A stretch of 29,137 nucleotides of DNA. It comes from Mollicutes bacterium. Lineage in GTDB: Bacteria > Bacillota_I > Bacilli_A > RF39 > UBA660. Shown one piece after another: positions 1 through 9,391 of this stretch. Numbering within the stretch: position 1 is the first letter of the stretch; every line of letters starts with the position of its first letter. The stretch is from the NCBI GenBank assembly GCA_012841465.1, contig DUUS01000114.1, forward strand, positions 1-29,137. Direction: 5' to 3'. The notes beneath the pieces are model-generated. The model did no database searches. It had not been told where the DNA came from and saw nothing but the letters and a program-made list of their open reading frames with translations. The translations under genes were made by a program, and so were the position numbers.

Positions 1-73
1 CTCTTTGATATAATATGTAAAGCCGAAGAACGTTTATTTTATTAAATTTGTTTTATAGAAAGAGTGATAATTT

Positions 74-1708
74 ATGAGTAAAATTAAAATATTTGGTATG
101 GGTGGACTTAATGAAAATGGAAAGAATACTTATATTGTTGAAGTAGATAATGATATTTTTGTTTTGGATGCTGGTTTAAAGTATGCTAATGATTCTATGT
201 TTGGAGTAGATTATATTATTCCTGATTATGATTATTTAGAAAAGAATCAAAAAAGAATAAAGGGTGTTTTTATAACTCATGCTCATCCTGAAAGTTGTGG
301 GGGAGTAGGAGATTTAATCAAAACTATTCCTAGTATTAAGGTATATGCTACTAAGTATACTAAAAATCAAATGGTATTAAATGGAGTAGATGAATCTAAG
401 ATTGTTGAGATAAAACCTCACCGAAAGATTAATTTTGGAAGTGTTAGTGTATTTCCAATCCAGGTTAATCATTCAGTTCCTGAGAGTGTGATGTATGTTA
501 TTAATACTCCAGATGGGGCTATTTGTTATACGGGTGATTTTATAGTGGACCCTTCAATGAAAGATCACTACCATATGGATTTAGGTAGAATTGCCTATGT
601 TGGTAAACAAGGAGTTTTAGCTCTTTTAATCGAATCTTCTTTTTCAGAGAGAATCGGACATACTAGTCCTTCTCATCATTTGTCTTCATTTTTTAAAAAA
701 GTTATTAATAAAAATGATGGTAGATTAATATTTTCAGTATTATATACCCATTTATATACGATTGAAGGAATTTTTAACATTGCTAAGACAACAAACAGAA
801 AAGTAATTATTATGGGTAAAAAACTTCAAAATGTTATTAGTATGGCAAGAAAAGATGGTTACTTAGATGTACCTGATCATGTAATTGGAGATTTAAGTAA
901 TGTTAATGATAAAAATGCTATATTATTAATATGTGATGATCGTGAAAATCCTTATTTTGTAATTGAAAAAATAATTAAAGGAACCGATAAATATATTAAG
1001 TTAACTGAGGAAGATACTATTTGTTTTGCTGAACCTAAATATGATGAATATGAAAAGTTATTTGTAAGAATTCAAAATGAACTTGCTATGCTAGGGGTTA
1101 AAACAATTGAAATCCCTAAAGATAAAGGAATATCTCTTCATGCATCAAGTGAAGATTTAATGATTATGATGAGTTTATTAAAACCAAAATATATTATTCC
1201 AGTAAAAGCGGATTATCGATATATGGTTGGTAATGCTAATCTTGCTGATAATTTAGGTTATAAAAAAGAAGATATTATTTTAAAACTTAATGGTGAAGTA
1301 ATTAATATTGTTGATAAAAAACTAAAGCCTGAATCAGAGAAAATATTCATAGATGATATATTAATCGATGGAACAAGTGCTGAAGATGTTGGTGATTTAG
1401 TTATTAAAGACCGTGAAGTATTATCTGAAAATGGTATTGTACTGGTAAGTGCTACTTTATGTAAAAAGACTAAAGAATTATTAGTAGGTCCTGAAGTAAC
1501 TACTAGAGGCTTTATTTATGTTAAAGACTCTAAAGAGATGATTGATGAAATAAAAAGAATCTCAGTAGAAGTTATTAATAATAATGTTACTAAAAATTAT
1601 ATTGACTTTAATAATATTAAAGTAGAAATAAGAGAAAAATTAGGAAAATACTTTTATCATGAAACAGAATGTAAACCAATGATAATAGCAGTAATTCAAG
1701 AAGTTTAG
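74..1708 (+). CDS. rnj: Ribonuclease J family protein, RNase J2-like (degenerate metal-binding motif)
   Basis: N-terminal GGLNENGKN, VLDAG, GVDYIIPD, NHS, TGDF and C-terminal KPMII motifs of the MBL/beta-CASP RNase J family. Motif II reads HAHPES instead of HxHxDH. Confidence 0.93.
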   Translation: MSKIKIFGMGGLNENGKNTYIVEVDNDIFVLDAGLKYANDSMFGVDYIIPDYDYLEKNQKRIKGVFITHAHPESCGGVGDLIKTIPSIKVYATKYTKNQMVLNGVDESKIVEIKPHRKINFGSVSVFPIQVNHSVPESVMYVINTPDGAICYTGDFIVDPSMKDHYHMDLGRIAYVGKQGVLALLIESSFSERIGHTSPSHHLSSFFKKVINKNDGRLIFSVLYTHLYTIEGIFNIAKTTNRKVIIMGKKLQNVISMARKDGYLDVPDHVIGDLSNVNDKNAILLICDDRENPYFVIEKIIKGTDKYIKLTEEDTICFAEPKYDEYEKLFVRIQNELAMLGVKTIEIPKDKGISLHASSEDLMIMMSLLKPKYIIPVKADYRYMVGNANLADNLGYKKEDIILKLNGEVINIVDKKLKPESEKIFIDDILIDGTSAEDVGDLVIKDREVLSENGIVLVSATLCKKTKELLVGPEVTTRGFIYVKDSKEMIDEIKRISVEVINNNVTKNYIDFNNIKVEIREKLGKYFYHETECKPMIIAVIQEV

Positions 1709-1725
1709 TTAATTCTAAACTTTTT
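1701..1725 (+). terminator. Intrinsic terminator after rnj
   Basis: aagtttag-ttaatt-ctaaactt stem followed by a T-run. Confidence 0.7.
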
Positions 1726-1743
1726 ATTTATTACTTTTTCCAT

Positions 1744-1772
1744 TTGCTTAATAGGTTATGTTTTGATAAACT
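1744..1772 (+). promoter_or_regulatory. Sigma-A-like promoter for dnaB-dnaI
   Basis: TTGCTT (1744-1749), 17-bp spacer ending in TGa, then TAAACT (1767-1772). Confidence 0.5.
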
Positions 1773-1797
1773 ATTTATATAAAGATTGAGGTGGATA

Positions 1798-3078
1798 ATG
1801 AAAAAAATAACTTTGCTTCCAGCAGATATATATATTGTTATTAATAAAACTATTCTCACCGAAATCGATAAAAAAAACTTAATTAGTTTATATGAACCAA
1901 TAATAGGAGTAACTCCTGTTAGTTTATATTTAACTCTATGGAGTGATTTAGATAAAAGAGAATTAATGAGTAAAGATTATAATCATCATCATTTAATGAC
2001 TGTTTTAAAAAGCCCTTTAGAAGATATAAAAGAAGCAAGAAAAGCCCTTGAAGCAGTCGGTCTTTTAAGAACTTTTTATAAAGATGAAGAAAATCTTAAA
2101 ACATATGTCTATGAATTATATTCACCACTTTCTGCTTATGAATTTTTTAATCATCCAGTTTTAAATATTGTTTTATATAATAATATTGGTTCTAGTGAAT
2201 ATAAAGATTTAGTAAACTTTTATAAAAAACCTATCTTTAACTATAATGGTTATGAAGAAATAACTAATGGAATGGATGATACTTTTAAAAGTGCATCAGG
2301 AATTTATTTTAATAATGAAGATGTTCAAAAGGTAAATCAAAATAAAATAAAAATATCATCTTTAATAGATTTTGATTTATTACTTGAAAGTATTCCTAAT
2401 AAGGTATTAAGTAAAAGAGCACTTAATGTTAAAAACAAAGAACTTATTAACAATCTAGCCTTTATTTATAATTTAGATACATTAAAAATGAGTGAACTAA
2501 TCAGACTTACTATTAATGAAAACGGTCTGATAAGTAAAGATTTATTATTAAAAGAAACGAGAAAGTACTATGAATACAATAATAGTGGAAGTCTTCCAAC
2601 TCTTATTTATCGTAGTCAGCCAGACCATTTAAAAAGTCCAGATGGAGATTTATCTAATAAAGGTAAAATGATTTATATTTTTGAAAATACTACTCCCTAT
2701 GACTTTTTAAGAAGTAAATATAAAAATGTAAATCCAACAGGAAGAGATTTAAAACTACTAGAATACTTAGCTATTGAGCTAAATATGACTCCAGCAGTAA
2801 TCAATGTACTAGTCGATTATGTCCTTAGAATAAATAACAATAAGTTAACTAAAGGCTTTGTTGAGGCTATTGCTGGTCAGTGGGTAAGAGCAGGTATTAA
2901 AACTGCAGGTGAAGCTATGGCAATTGCTGAAAAAGAACATAAGAAATCAAGTAAAATAAAAAAGAATATAAAAAATGATGAACCACTTCCTGTGTGGTTT
3001 GATAAAAATAATGAAGCAAGTAGTATGTCTGAAGAAGAAAAAGCTGAACTTGAACAATTATTAAGTGATTTTAGGTAG
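1798..3078 (+). CDS. dnaB: Replication initiation/helicase-loader protein DnaB (DnaB/DnaD domains)
   Basis: LYEPIIG, YELYSPLS, FFNHPVL and VLVDYVL...AGQW motifs; directly upstream of dnaI. Start moved to ATG 1798 behind a GAGGTG RBS. Confidence 0.9.
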   Translation: MKKITLLPADIYIVINKTILTEIDKKNLISLYEPIIGVTPVSLYLTLWSDLDKRELMSKDYNHHHLMTVLKSPLEDIKEARKALEAVGLLRTFYKDEENLKTYVYELYSPLSAYEFFNHPVLNIVLYNNIGSSEYKDLVNFYKKPIFNYNGYEEITNGMDDTFKSASGIYFNNEDVQKVNQNKIKISSLIDFDLLLESIPNKVLSKRALNVKNKELINNLAFIYNLDTLKMSELIRLTINENGLISKDLLLKETRKYYEYNNSGSLPTLIYRSQPDHLKSPDGDLSNKGKMIYIFENTTPYDFLRSKYKNVNPTGRDLKLLEYLAIELNMTPAVINVLVDYVLRINNNKLTKGFVEAIAGQWVRAGIKTAGEAMAIAEKEHKKSSKIKKNIKNDEPLPVWFDKNNEASSMSEEEKAELEQLLSDFR

Positions 3079-3084
3079 GTGTAT

Positions 3085-3993
3085 ATGGAAAATATTACTA
3101 AAAAATATAATAGAAAAGATATAAATGATCAGTTAAAAAGAGCATATGTGTCCGCGCTTAAAGATCCTGAATTTAAAAGACTGATAAATACTTTAAAAGT
3201 AAAAGAAGAAATTGCTATGAAGTATACTTCTAAGTTAGAGATAACTCTTGAAGAATTATCTAACTGCTCTAAATGTAAAAGTCTTCATGAATGTAAAAAT
3301 AAAGTAACGGGATATGTAAATTATCCTACTTTAGAAAATGATATAATAATTTTTAATTATACTCCATGTAAGTATAAAAAAGCTGATTTAAAAGAAACTG
3401 AAAATATCAAATCAGATATATTTAATATGCCTCTCGAAATAAGAAGAGCTAAAATGAGTGATATTCATAAAGATGATTCTAAAAGACTTCCAATTATAAA
3501 ATGGTTGACAACCTTCTATAAAGAATATCAAAAGAATCAAAATATAAAAGGACTTTATTTACATGGTTCTTTTGGAAGTGGAAAGACCTATTTAATAAGT
3601 GCTTTATTAAATGAACTATCATCACTTAATTATGATGTAGTTATAATGTATTATCCAGAACTACTTAGAAGTTTAAAAGATTCCTTTGAAACAAATGATT
3701 TTGGCTCTAAAATGAACTCAATTAAAACAAGTGATTTACTTCTTCTTGATGATATTGGAGCTGAATCAGTAACTCCATGGGGAAGAGATGAAATCCTGGG
3801 AACTATTCTTCAATATCGAATGGATAATAAACTACCAACATTCTTTACCTCAAATTTAGATTTAAAAGAACTTGAAAGTCATTTCTGTGTAAATAAAACA
3901 CCTGGAGAACAAATTAAAGCAAGAAGGATTATTGAAAGAATCAAACAATTAAGTGATTATGAAAAATTAATTAGTAAAAATAGAAGAACTTAA
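3085..3993 (+). CDS. dnaI: Primosomal helicase loader DnaI (AAA+ ATPase)
   Basis: N-terminal Zn site CxxC...C...C, Walker A GSFGSGKT, Walker B LLLLDDIG, WGRDEILGTILQYRM, TFFTSN, RIIERI. Confidence 0.95.
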   Translation: MENITKKYNRKDINDQLKRAYVSALKDPEFKRLINTLKVKEEIAMKYTSKLEITLEELSNCSKCKSLHECKNKVTGYVNYPTLENDIIIFNYTPCKYKKADLKETENIKSDIFNMPLEIRRAKMSDIHKDDSKRLPIIKWLTTFYKEYQKNQNIKGLYLHGSFGSGKTYLISALLNELSSLNYDVVIMYYPELLRSLKDSFETNDFGSKMNSIKTSDLLLLDDIGAESVTPWGRDEILGTILQYRMDNKLPTFFTSNLDLKELESHFCVNKTPGEQIKARRIIERIKQLSDYEKLISKNRRT

Positions 3994-4005
3994 TAAAATA
4001 TGTGT

Positions 4006-4037
4006 AAAGTACTATCTTTTTAAGTAGTACTTTTTTT
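4006..4037 (+). terminator. Intrinsic terminator after dnaI
   Basis: aaagtacta / tagtacttt 9-bp stem followed by a T-run. Confidence 0.75.
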
Positions 4038-4074
4038 ATTTTTGATATACTATATATGTAGGCAGGTGCTATTA

Positions 4075-5070
4075 ATGGAAGAAAAATCTAGTGAAGAACA
4101 TCGGTTTTTTAATAAAAAAACAATAATAATATTATTTATTTTCCTTATACTAGTTATATTAGTTTTTATAATATATAAATTATTCTTTGCTCCATCACCA
4201 ACTGAAATAACTTATGATCCCAATAAAAATTATAGTTATGATATCAAAGAAAACACTTTATATTTATTAAGTGAAGATGGTGTTGAGCAGTCTTATAAGT
4301 GTGATGGAAAATGTAGTTTTTATTTAGACAATGATTTAGAATATAAAAAAGAAGGAAAAGTACTTCTAAAAGATGAAGATAATGTTTATTTATATGATCT
4401 TATTAAAGATAAAAAGATAAGCTCAAATTATAAAGATATTAAGTATATTTTAGATGAAGAAGAAAAAATAAAATTATTTAAAGTAACTAATCATAGTGAT
4501 AAAGATGGAATAATTGATTTAAATGGTACAGTTTTAGTAAATTTAAATTATGAAAAGTTAGGTAAAGTCCATAATGATGAGTTTATTAATTATTCTTATG
4601 AAAATAATCAAATAGCTGCTAAAAATAGTAAAGCATGGGGAGTAGTAGCTTTAGACAGTGGAGCTGGTTTAATTGATTTTCAATATGAAGATATTAAATT
4701 AAGTCCATATGAAAGAATAGCTGTAAAAGAATTAGATAAATGGTATTTAGTAGATAATGTTAATAAAAGATTATTATTTGATTCATTTGATTCAATATTT
4801 ATTTATGAAAAATATACAATAGTTATATTAAATAAAGAATTATATATTCTTGATCAAGATGAAAAAGTTATAAGTAATAAAATACCAACCTTTTATGAAA
4901 TAGATCCATGGGGATTATCTCTTATAAATGGAGTATATACCTATATTGAAGAAGATATTTTATATATATTAATTGATACGCCTAGTGAAGAAGATGAAGA
5001 AGAAATAGACTTAATAAAATATTATTATAATGAAGATAATAAAGAGATAATTATCTATGAAGAAGGTTGA
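4075..5070 (+). CDS. Membrane-anchored WG-repeat-like beta-rich exported protein
   Basis: N-terminal TM helix, then repeats resembling WG/KWG repeats (KDGIIDLNG.VLV..NYE, AWGVVALDSG..LIDFQYE, KWYLVD). ATG 4075 follows AGGTG. Confidence 0.65.
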   Translation: MEEKSSEEHRFFNKKTIIILFIFLILVILVFIIYKLFFAPSPTEITYDPNKNYSYDIKENTLYLLSEDGVEQSYKCDGKCSFYLDNDLEYKKEGKVLLKDEDNVYLYDLIKDKKISSNYKDIKYILDEEEKIKLFKVTNHSDKDGIIDLNGTVLVNLNYEKLGKVHNDEFINYSYENNQIAAKNSKAWGVVALDSGAGLIDFQYEDIKLSPYERIAVKELDKWYLVDNVNKRLLFDSFDSIFIYEKYTIVILNKELYILDQDEKVISNKIPTFYEIDPWGLSLINGVYTYIEEDILYILIDTPSEEDEEEIDLIKYYYNEDNKEIIIYEEG

Positions 5071-5095
5071 CATTTTATAAAGCATAGATTATTAT
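5067..5095 (+). promoter_or_regulatory. Near-consensus sigma-A promoter
   Basis: TTGACA (5067-5072, overlapping the upstream stop), 17 bp, TATTAT (5090-5095). Confidence 0.7.
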
Positions 5096-5111
5096 TGTTT
5101 TAGGAGTTATT

Positions 5112-5666
5112 ATGGCTAAAAGAGAAGAAATAACTAATATTGTTATATCAATTGTTTTAATATTTATCGGGATATTTTTACTAATTTATTCTCATATCGG
5201 TAATTTAAAAGCAATAACATTATTATATTTGGTATTTTTAATTTATGGATTAATGAAAATAATAGAATATAGTTTTTCATCAGATAAAAAAGATAAAGAA
5301 GATTTATTTACAGGTATCATATCCTTATTTGGAGTACTTAGTTCTTTATTTTTTAAAGATTATAATGGGCAACTCTTAATAAGTATTACCTTAGTAACTT
5401 GGGTAGGTTTTATGTCAATAATAAAATTAATAAAAGTAGATTATTATCATGACCGAAATAATAAAATGTTTTATATAAATATGACTTCCTTAATATTATT
5501 TTTAATAATTGGAGTACTAACCGGAATTAATTTATTTTTCGATAATACGGTTCAAGTATTAATACTAGGATATTTCTTTATCGCAAATGGTCTTCTTAAC
5601 TTAGCAGAAGACGCTATAAGAATAATTGCAACAAGTGAAAACTTTAATATAAAAAGAAAGGATTAA
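5112..5666 (+). CDS. DUF308/HdeD-like polytopic membrane protein
   Basis: About 6 hydrophobic helices in two similar repeats; AGGAG RBS. Confidence 0.6.
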   Translation: MAKREEITNIVISIVLIFIGIFLLIYSHIGNLKAITLLYLVFLIYGLMKIIEYSFSSDKKDKEDLFTGIISLFGVLSSLFFKDYNGQLLISITLVTWVGFMSIIKLIKVDYYHDRNNKMFYINMTSLILFLIIGVLTGINLFFDNTVQVLILGYFFIANGLLNLAEDAIRIIATSENFNIKRKD

Positions 5667-5670
5667 AAAA

Positions 5671-6027
5671 ATGGATTTAAGAATTGCTTTAATTGAAGTA
5701 GGACAGTTTTCTCAAATACTGAAAGATAATGCTTATATGAAATTAGTTATTGATCATGAAAACATTAAAAAATGCTTTTGTCTTTTAATTGATGATGGTA
5801 ATGTAGCAGTAAATGTTGAAACAGGAGAAGAATACGAAGTAATAAAAAGAGACGATAAAGGTAGAATAACTAAAGAGGCTGCCTTAGAAGCTAAAACAAA
5901 TGTAAATTATGCTCTATATGTTAAAGAACTTGATTTAAATAAATTAAGCTCTGAATTATCCGATCATTTAGAAACAAAGGCTTATGAAAGAATGCTTGAT
6001 GATAAACCAGTAACAAGATCTAGATAA
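5671..6027 (+). CDS. Hypothetical cytoplasmic protein (118 aa)
   Basis: Open frame with AAGGA RBS, 4 nt after the previous stop, followed by a terminator; no recognised motif. Confidence 0.75.
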   Translation: MDLRIALIEVGQFSQILKDNAYMKLVIDHENIKKCFCLLIDDGNVAVNVETGEEYEVIKRDDKGRITKEAALEAKTNVNYALYVKELDLNKLSSELSDHLETKAYERMLDDKPVTRSR

Positions 6028-6049
6028 AACTGATTAAAATCAGTTTTTT
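6026..6049 (+). terminator. Intrinsic terminator
   Basis: aaaactgat-taaa-atcagtttt followed by more Ts. Confidence 0.7.
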
Positions 6050-6140
6050 AAATTAAAAAAACATATTAACAAAAACATTCGATTTTAAATGATACATTTG
6101 GTATAATAAACATATAAATAATTTGAAGGGAGAAATTTAT

Positions 6141-6719
6141 ATGGAAATGATACCACTAGATTATAACTACAATGATTTTGATTTTTTAAGTGAAGAAAAC
6201 TTAAGAAATCACTACGAGGTACTTTATAAGGGATATGTAAATAACTATAATAAAGTACTAGAGGATTTAAAATTTGCAAGGGAGACAAATAACTTTACGA
6301 ATATTAAATGCCTTGAAAAAAATTTAGCTTTTCAAGGAGCAGGAGCAGTACTTCATGAATTGTTTTTTGAAAATATTACTCCAAATAAGGTAGAGGCTAA
6401 GGGTGAAGTTCTTGAAAAAATTGAAAAAGATTTTGAATCTTTTGATTCATTTAAAAATCAATTTATTAGTAACATAACTAATATTGAAGGAAGTGGATGG
6501 GGAATACTAGGGTTTTCTAAATCAATTGATAAACTAATTATTCTTCAGGCTGAAAAACATCAAGATCAAACAATCTGGGACTTTGTGCCACTACTTGTTA
6601 TTGATATTTGGGAGCATGCTTATTATCTGGATTTTATTACTGATAAAAAAGCATATGCTGAAAAAATGTTTGATTCAATTAACTGGAACGTAGTCGAAAA
6701 AAGATATAAAAATTTATAA
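6141..6719 (+). CDS. sod: Fe/Mn superoxide dismutase
   Basis: Metal ligands seen in NHY, AVLHELFF and DIWEHAYYLD; GSGWG motif. Start ATG 6141 follows a GGGAG RBS. Confidence 0.93.
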   Translation: MEMIPLDYNYNDFDFLSEENLRNHYEVLYKGYVNNYNKVLEDLKFARETNNFTNIKCLEKNLAFQGAGAVLHELFFENITPNKVEAKGEVLEKIEKDFESFDSFKNQFISNITNIEGSGWGILGFSKSIDKLIILQAEKHQDQTIWDFVPLLVIDIWEHAYYLDFITDKKAYAEKMFDSINWNVVEKRYKNL

Positions 6720-6730
6720 AGGAGAATATT

Positions 6731-8023
6731 ATGTACCATTTTATTGGCATTGCTGGAGCAGGGATGAGTAGTCTTGCTCAAATAATGTATAAACTTGGAC
6801 ATAAAGTAAAAGGAAGTGACGTAAGCACTGACTTTTTTACTTTAGATGGTCTAAGTAAAGAAATTGAAGTTTCTATTTTTAGTGAAGAAAACATTACTGA
6901 AGATTTAATAATAGTAAGAGGAAATTCTTTTGATGATTCCAATGTAGAAGTTGCTAAAGCTAAAGAATTAAATTTAAAAATTTATACCTATCAAGAAATG
7001 GTTGCTAAACTAACCAGAACTTTTGAAACAATAAGTGTATCGGGTTGTCATGGTAAAACCACAACTTCATCAATGCTTGCTCATGTACTAAATAACATTA
7101 CCGGGACTAATTATTTAATTGGTGATGGATCTGGGCACGCAAGTAAAGATAATAAATATTTTGTCCTTGAGGCTTGTGAGTATAAAAGACATTTTCTTGA
7201 GTATGATCAAAAATATGCAATTATTACTAATATTGATTTAGATCATGTTGATTATTTTAAAGATATTGATGATGTAATTGATGCTTATCAAAGTTTTTAT
7301 AATAATACTAAAGAAAAAGTAATAATGTATGGAGATGATCCATATACAAGAAGGTTAAATCTTGATGATAAAGCTATTTATTATGGTCTTAAAGATAATA
7401 ATGATGTAGTTGCTAAAAACATTAAATATGAAGAAAAAGGAACAACCTTTGATGTTTATATTAAAGGTGAGTTTTATGATACTTTCTTTACATCATTTAG
7501 TGGTGAGCATATGGTTTTAAATAGCCTAGCTATTATTACTGTTTGTTATTTAGAGAACTTAGATAAAAAGTTAATTAAAAAATATCATTCATCATTTGAA
7601 GGTGCTAAAAGAAGATTTGATGTAAAGTTATTTAATGATAATATAATTATTGATGATTATGCTCATCATCCTACTGAGATTAATTATACTATTGATGCAG
7701 TAAGACAAAAATATCAAAATAAAACTTTAGTAAGTATATTTCAACCCCATACTTTTTCAAGAACAGAAAAGTTTAAAGAAGAGTTTATTTCAGTTTTAAA
7801 TAAAAGTGATTATGTTTATATTTTAGATATTCATCCAGCTAGAGAAAAAAGTGAAGATTTTCCTAATGTAAATTCAAAAGAATTAATTTCTAAAATAAAT
7901 AATGCATCTTCAATTAAGATAGATGATGCAAGTCCTTTACTAAAGCATGATAATAGTGTACTTTTATTTTTAAGTCCGAACAGTTTAAAAAATTTAATAA
8001 GTGATTATAAGGAAAAATCATGA
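6731..8023 (+). CDS. murC: UDP-N-acetylmuramate--L-alanine ligase
   Basis: HFIGIAGAGMS, GCHGKTTTSSML, EACEY, TNIDLDHVDY, DDYAHHPTEI, FQPHTFSRT. Confidence 0.96.
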   Translation: MYHFIGIAGAGMSSLAQIMYKLGHKVKGSDVSTDFFTLDGLSKEIEVSIFSEENITEDLIIVRGNSFDDSNVEVAKAKELNLKIYTYQEMVAKLTRTFETISVSGCHGKTTTSSMLAHVLNNITGTNYLIGDGSGHASKDNKYFVLEACEYKRHFLEYDQKYAIITNIDLDHVDYFKDIDDVIDAYQSFYNNTKEKVIMYGDDPYTRRLNLDDKAIYYGLKDNNDVVAKNIKYEEKGTTFDVYIKGEFYDTFFTSFSGEHMVLNSLAIITVCYLENLDKKLIKKYHSSFEGAKRRFDVKLFNDNIIIDDYAHHPTEINYTIDAVRQKYQNKTLVSIFQPHTFSRTEKFKEEFISVLNKSDYVYILDIHPAREKSEDFPNVNSKELISKINNASSIKIDDASPLLKHDNSVLLFLSPNSLKNLISDYKEKS

Positions 8024-8622
8024 AAAAATATCATGGACAATTACTGGCTGTTTTAGTTACTTTATTAGTAATATTAATCGGTTATATTGGAGGAAGATAT
8101 TATGCTGATTATTATAATAAAAAGCATAATACTAATAAAACTTTTCTTCAAATATTGAAAATCGAAAAGTTAGATGAAAAAGTTAATTACTTTTTAGAAA
8201 GTGGATCAAAAACACTTAATGATTTATGTAAAAAAGAAACTGGTATTTGTGATAAAACCATAGGTAAAGTAAAGTTAAATAATAAAGATTATGACTTTCA
8301 TATTTATGCTGATTTAGATAATAATGAATCATATTTTAAACTTGATAATACAAAAGTAGGAGACTTTTATAATTTAGAGAAAATAGATTTATTTAATAAT
8401 TATTTATTAGTAACTGAAAACAATAATAATTATCAAATTCATATTATTGATGAAAATGGTAAAAGACTTGAAAGCCTTGATGCTCTTAATAATTATGAAA
8501 TAAAAGATCAGTCACTATATTTTTATAATTGTGAGAATAACAGAGAATCATATTATAAAGTTAAAAGTTCTGATTTAAATACTAAAGAAGAGGTATCTTA
8601 TAAGCAAAAAGCATGTAGTTAA
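8020..8622 (+). CDS. Hypothetical membrane-anchored exported protein (4 Cys)
   Basis: N-terminal TM helix; ATGA overlap with the murC stop. Confidence 0.8.
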   Translation: MKKYHGQLLAVLVTLLVILIGYIGGRYYADYYNKKHNTNKTFLQILKIEKLDEKVNYFLESGSKTLNDLCKKETGICDKTIGKVKLNNKDYDFHIYADLDNNESYFKLDNTKVGDFYNLEKIDLFNNYLLVTENNNNYQIHIIDENGKRLESLDALNNYEIKDQSLYFYNCENNRESYYKVKSSDLNTKEEVSYKQKACS

Positions 8623-8633
8623 TGCTTTTTTTC
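8606..8633 (+). terminator. Intrinsic terminator
   Basis: aaaaagcat-gtagtta-atgcttttt followed by Ts. Confidence 0.65.
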
Positions 8634-8637
8634 ATTA

Positions 8638-8666
8638 TAGACATCAACTAAGCAATTTGATACAAT
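8638..8666 (+). promoter_or_regulatory. Sigma-A-like promoter of the MNT-HEPN islet
   Basis: TAGACA (8638-8643), 17 bp ending in TGa, TACAAT (8661-8666). Confidence 0.6.
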
Positions 8667-8690
8667 ATAATTAAGAAAGAGGTGTTTGAA

Positions 8691-9008
8691 TTGAGTATAG
8701 ATGATAATTTAAAATTAATTGTAAATGAAGTAAAAAAAATAGTTCCCCTTAAAGAAGCATTTCTGTTTGGGTCATTTGCTTATGGGACTCCAAATGAGGA
8801 TAGTGATTATGATTTTTATTTTGTTTTAGATAAAATAGATAATACAACCCATGAAACACTAGTTTCAATAACAAGAGTACTATATAAAGTTTCATCTAGA
8901 CCTTTTGATATTTTAATAGATACAAAAGAGTCATTTGATTATAGAGCATCTAACCAAGCTACACTTGAATATAAAATATTAAAGGATGGTGTCAAGATAT
9001 ATGGCTAA
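8691..9008 (+). CDS. Minimal nucleotidyltransferase (MNT), antitoxin-like
   Basis: LFGSFAYGTPNEDSDYDF matches GSx10DxD; about 105 aa. TTG start 8691 follows AGAGGTG (GTG 8682 is the alternative). Confidence 0.9.
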   Translation: MSIDDNLKLIVNEVKKIVPLKEAFLFGSFAYGTPNEDSDYDFYFVLDKIDNTTHETLVSITRVLYKVSSRPFDILIDTKESFDYRASNQATLEYKILKDGVKIYG

Positions 9009-9391
9009 TAGTGATTTGTTTAGAGAATGGAAAGAATATGGAGATATTGATTATGAAGTAGCTAGAAGAATTTTTGAAGAAAGATGGCCAAAGCAACATA
9101 TAACAATTTAATCATTCTCATCAAGCAGCTGAAAAATACCTGAAAGGCTACCTTGCATATAAAAATAACAAAGTTAAAAAAACGCATGATTTATTAGAAC
9201 TTATAAAGTTGTGTGAAACTTACGATTCTTCTTTTGGTGAATTAATTGATGTGGGTGTATTTTTAAATCCTTTTGCTACCCAAATAAGATATCCTAAGAA
9301 TTTCTATGATATTACTGATGTTGAAACAAAAAAAGCACTTGAATTCTCAAAATTAATAATTGACTTTGTAAACGAGAGAATAGATATATGA
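9001..9391 (+). pseudogene. HEPN-domain protein, frameshifted near 9104-9111
   Basis: ATG 9001 overlaps the MNT stop and reads MANSDLFREW...RWPKQHITI to TAA 9109-9111. The +1 frame continues HSHQAAEKYLKGYL...KTHDLLELIKLC...QIRYP to TGA 9391, which are typical motifs of MNT-paired HEPN proteins. Confidence 0.85.

Noticed and set aside
1790-1798. DnaA-box-like GGTGGATAA (8/9 match to TGTGGATAA) at the dnaB start
   Set aside because: A single imperfect box that overlaps the GAGGTG RBS and the start codon, so it is explained by the RBS.
6085-6288. 67-aa minus-strand ORF
   Set aside because: Antisense shadow of sod with no RBS or recognisable motif.
9100-9115. Programmed +1 frameshift in the HEPN gene (prfB-like)
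   Set aside because: AUU-to-UUU re-pairing is unfavourable and there is no upstream SD-like stimulator; an indel is more likely.
9209-9391. 60-aa stand-alone ORF from the track
   Set aside because: It is the C-terminal part of the frameshifted HEPN gene beginning at 9001.
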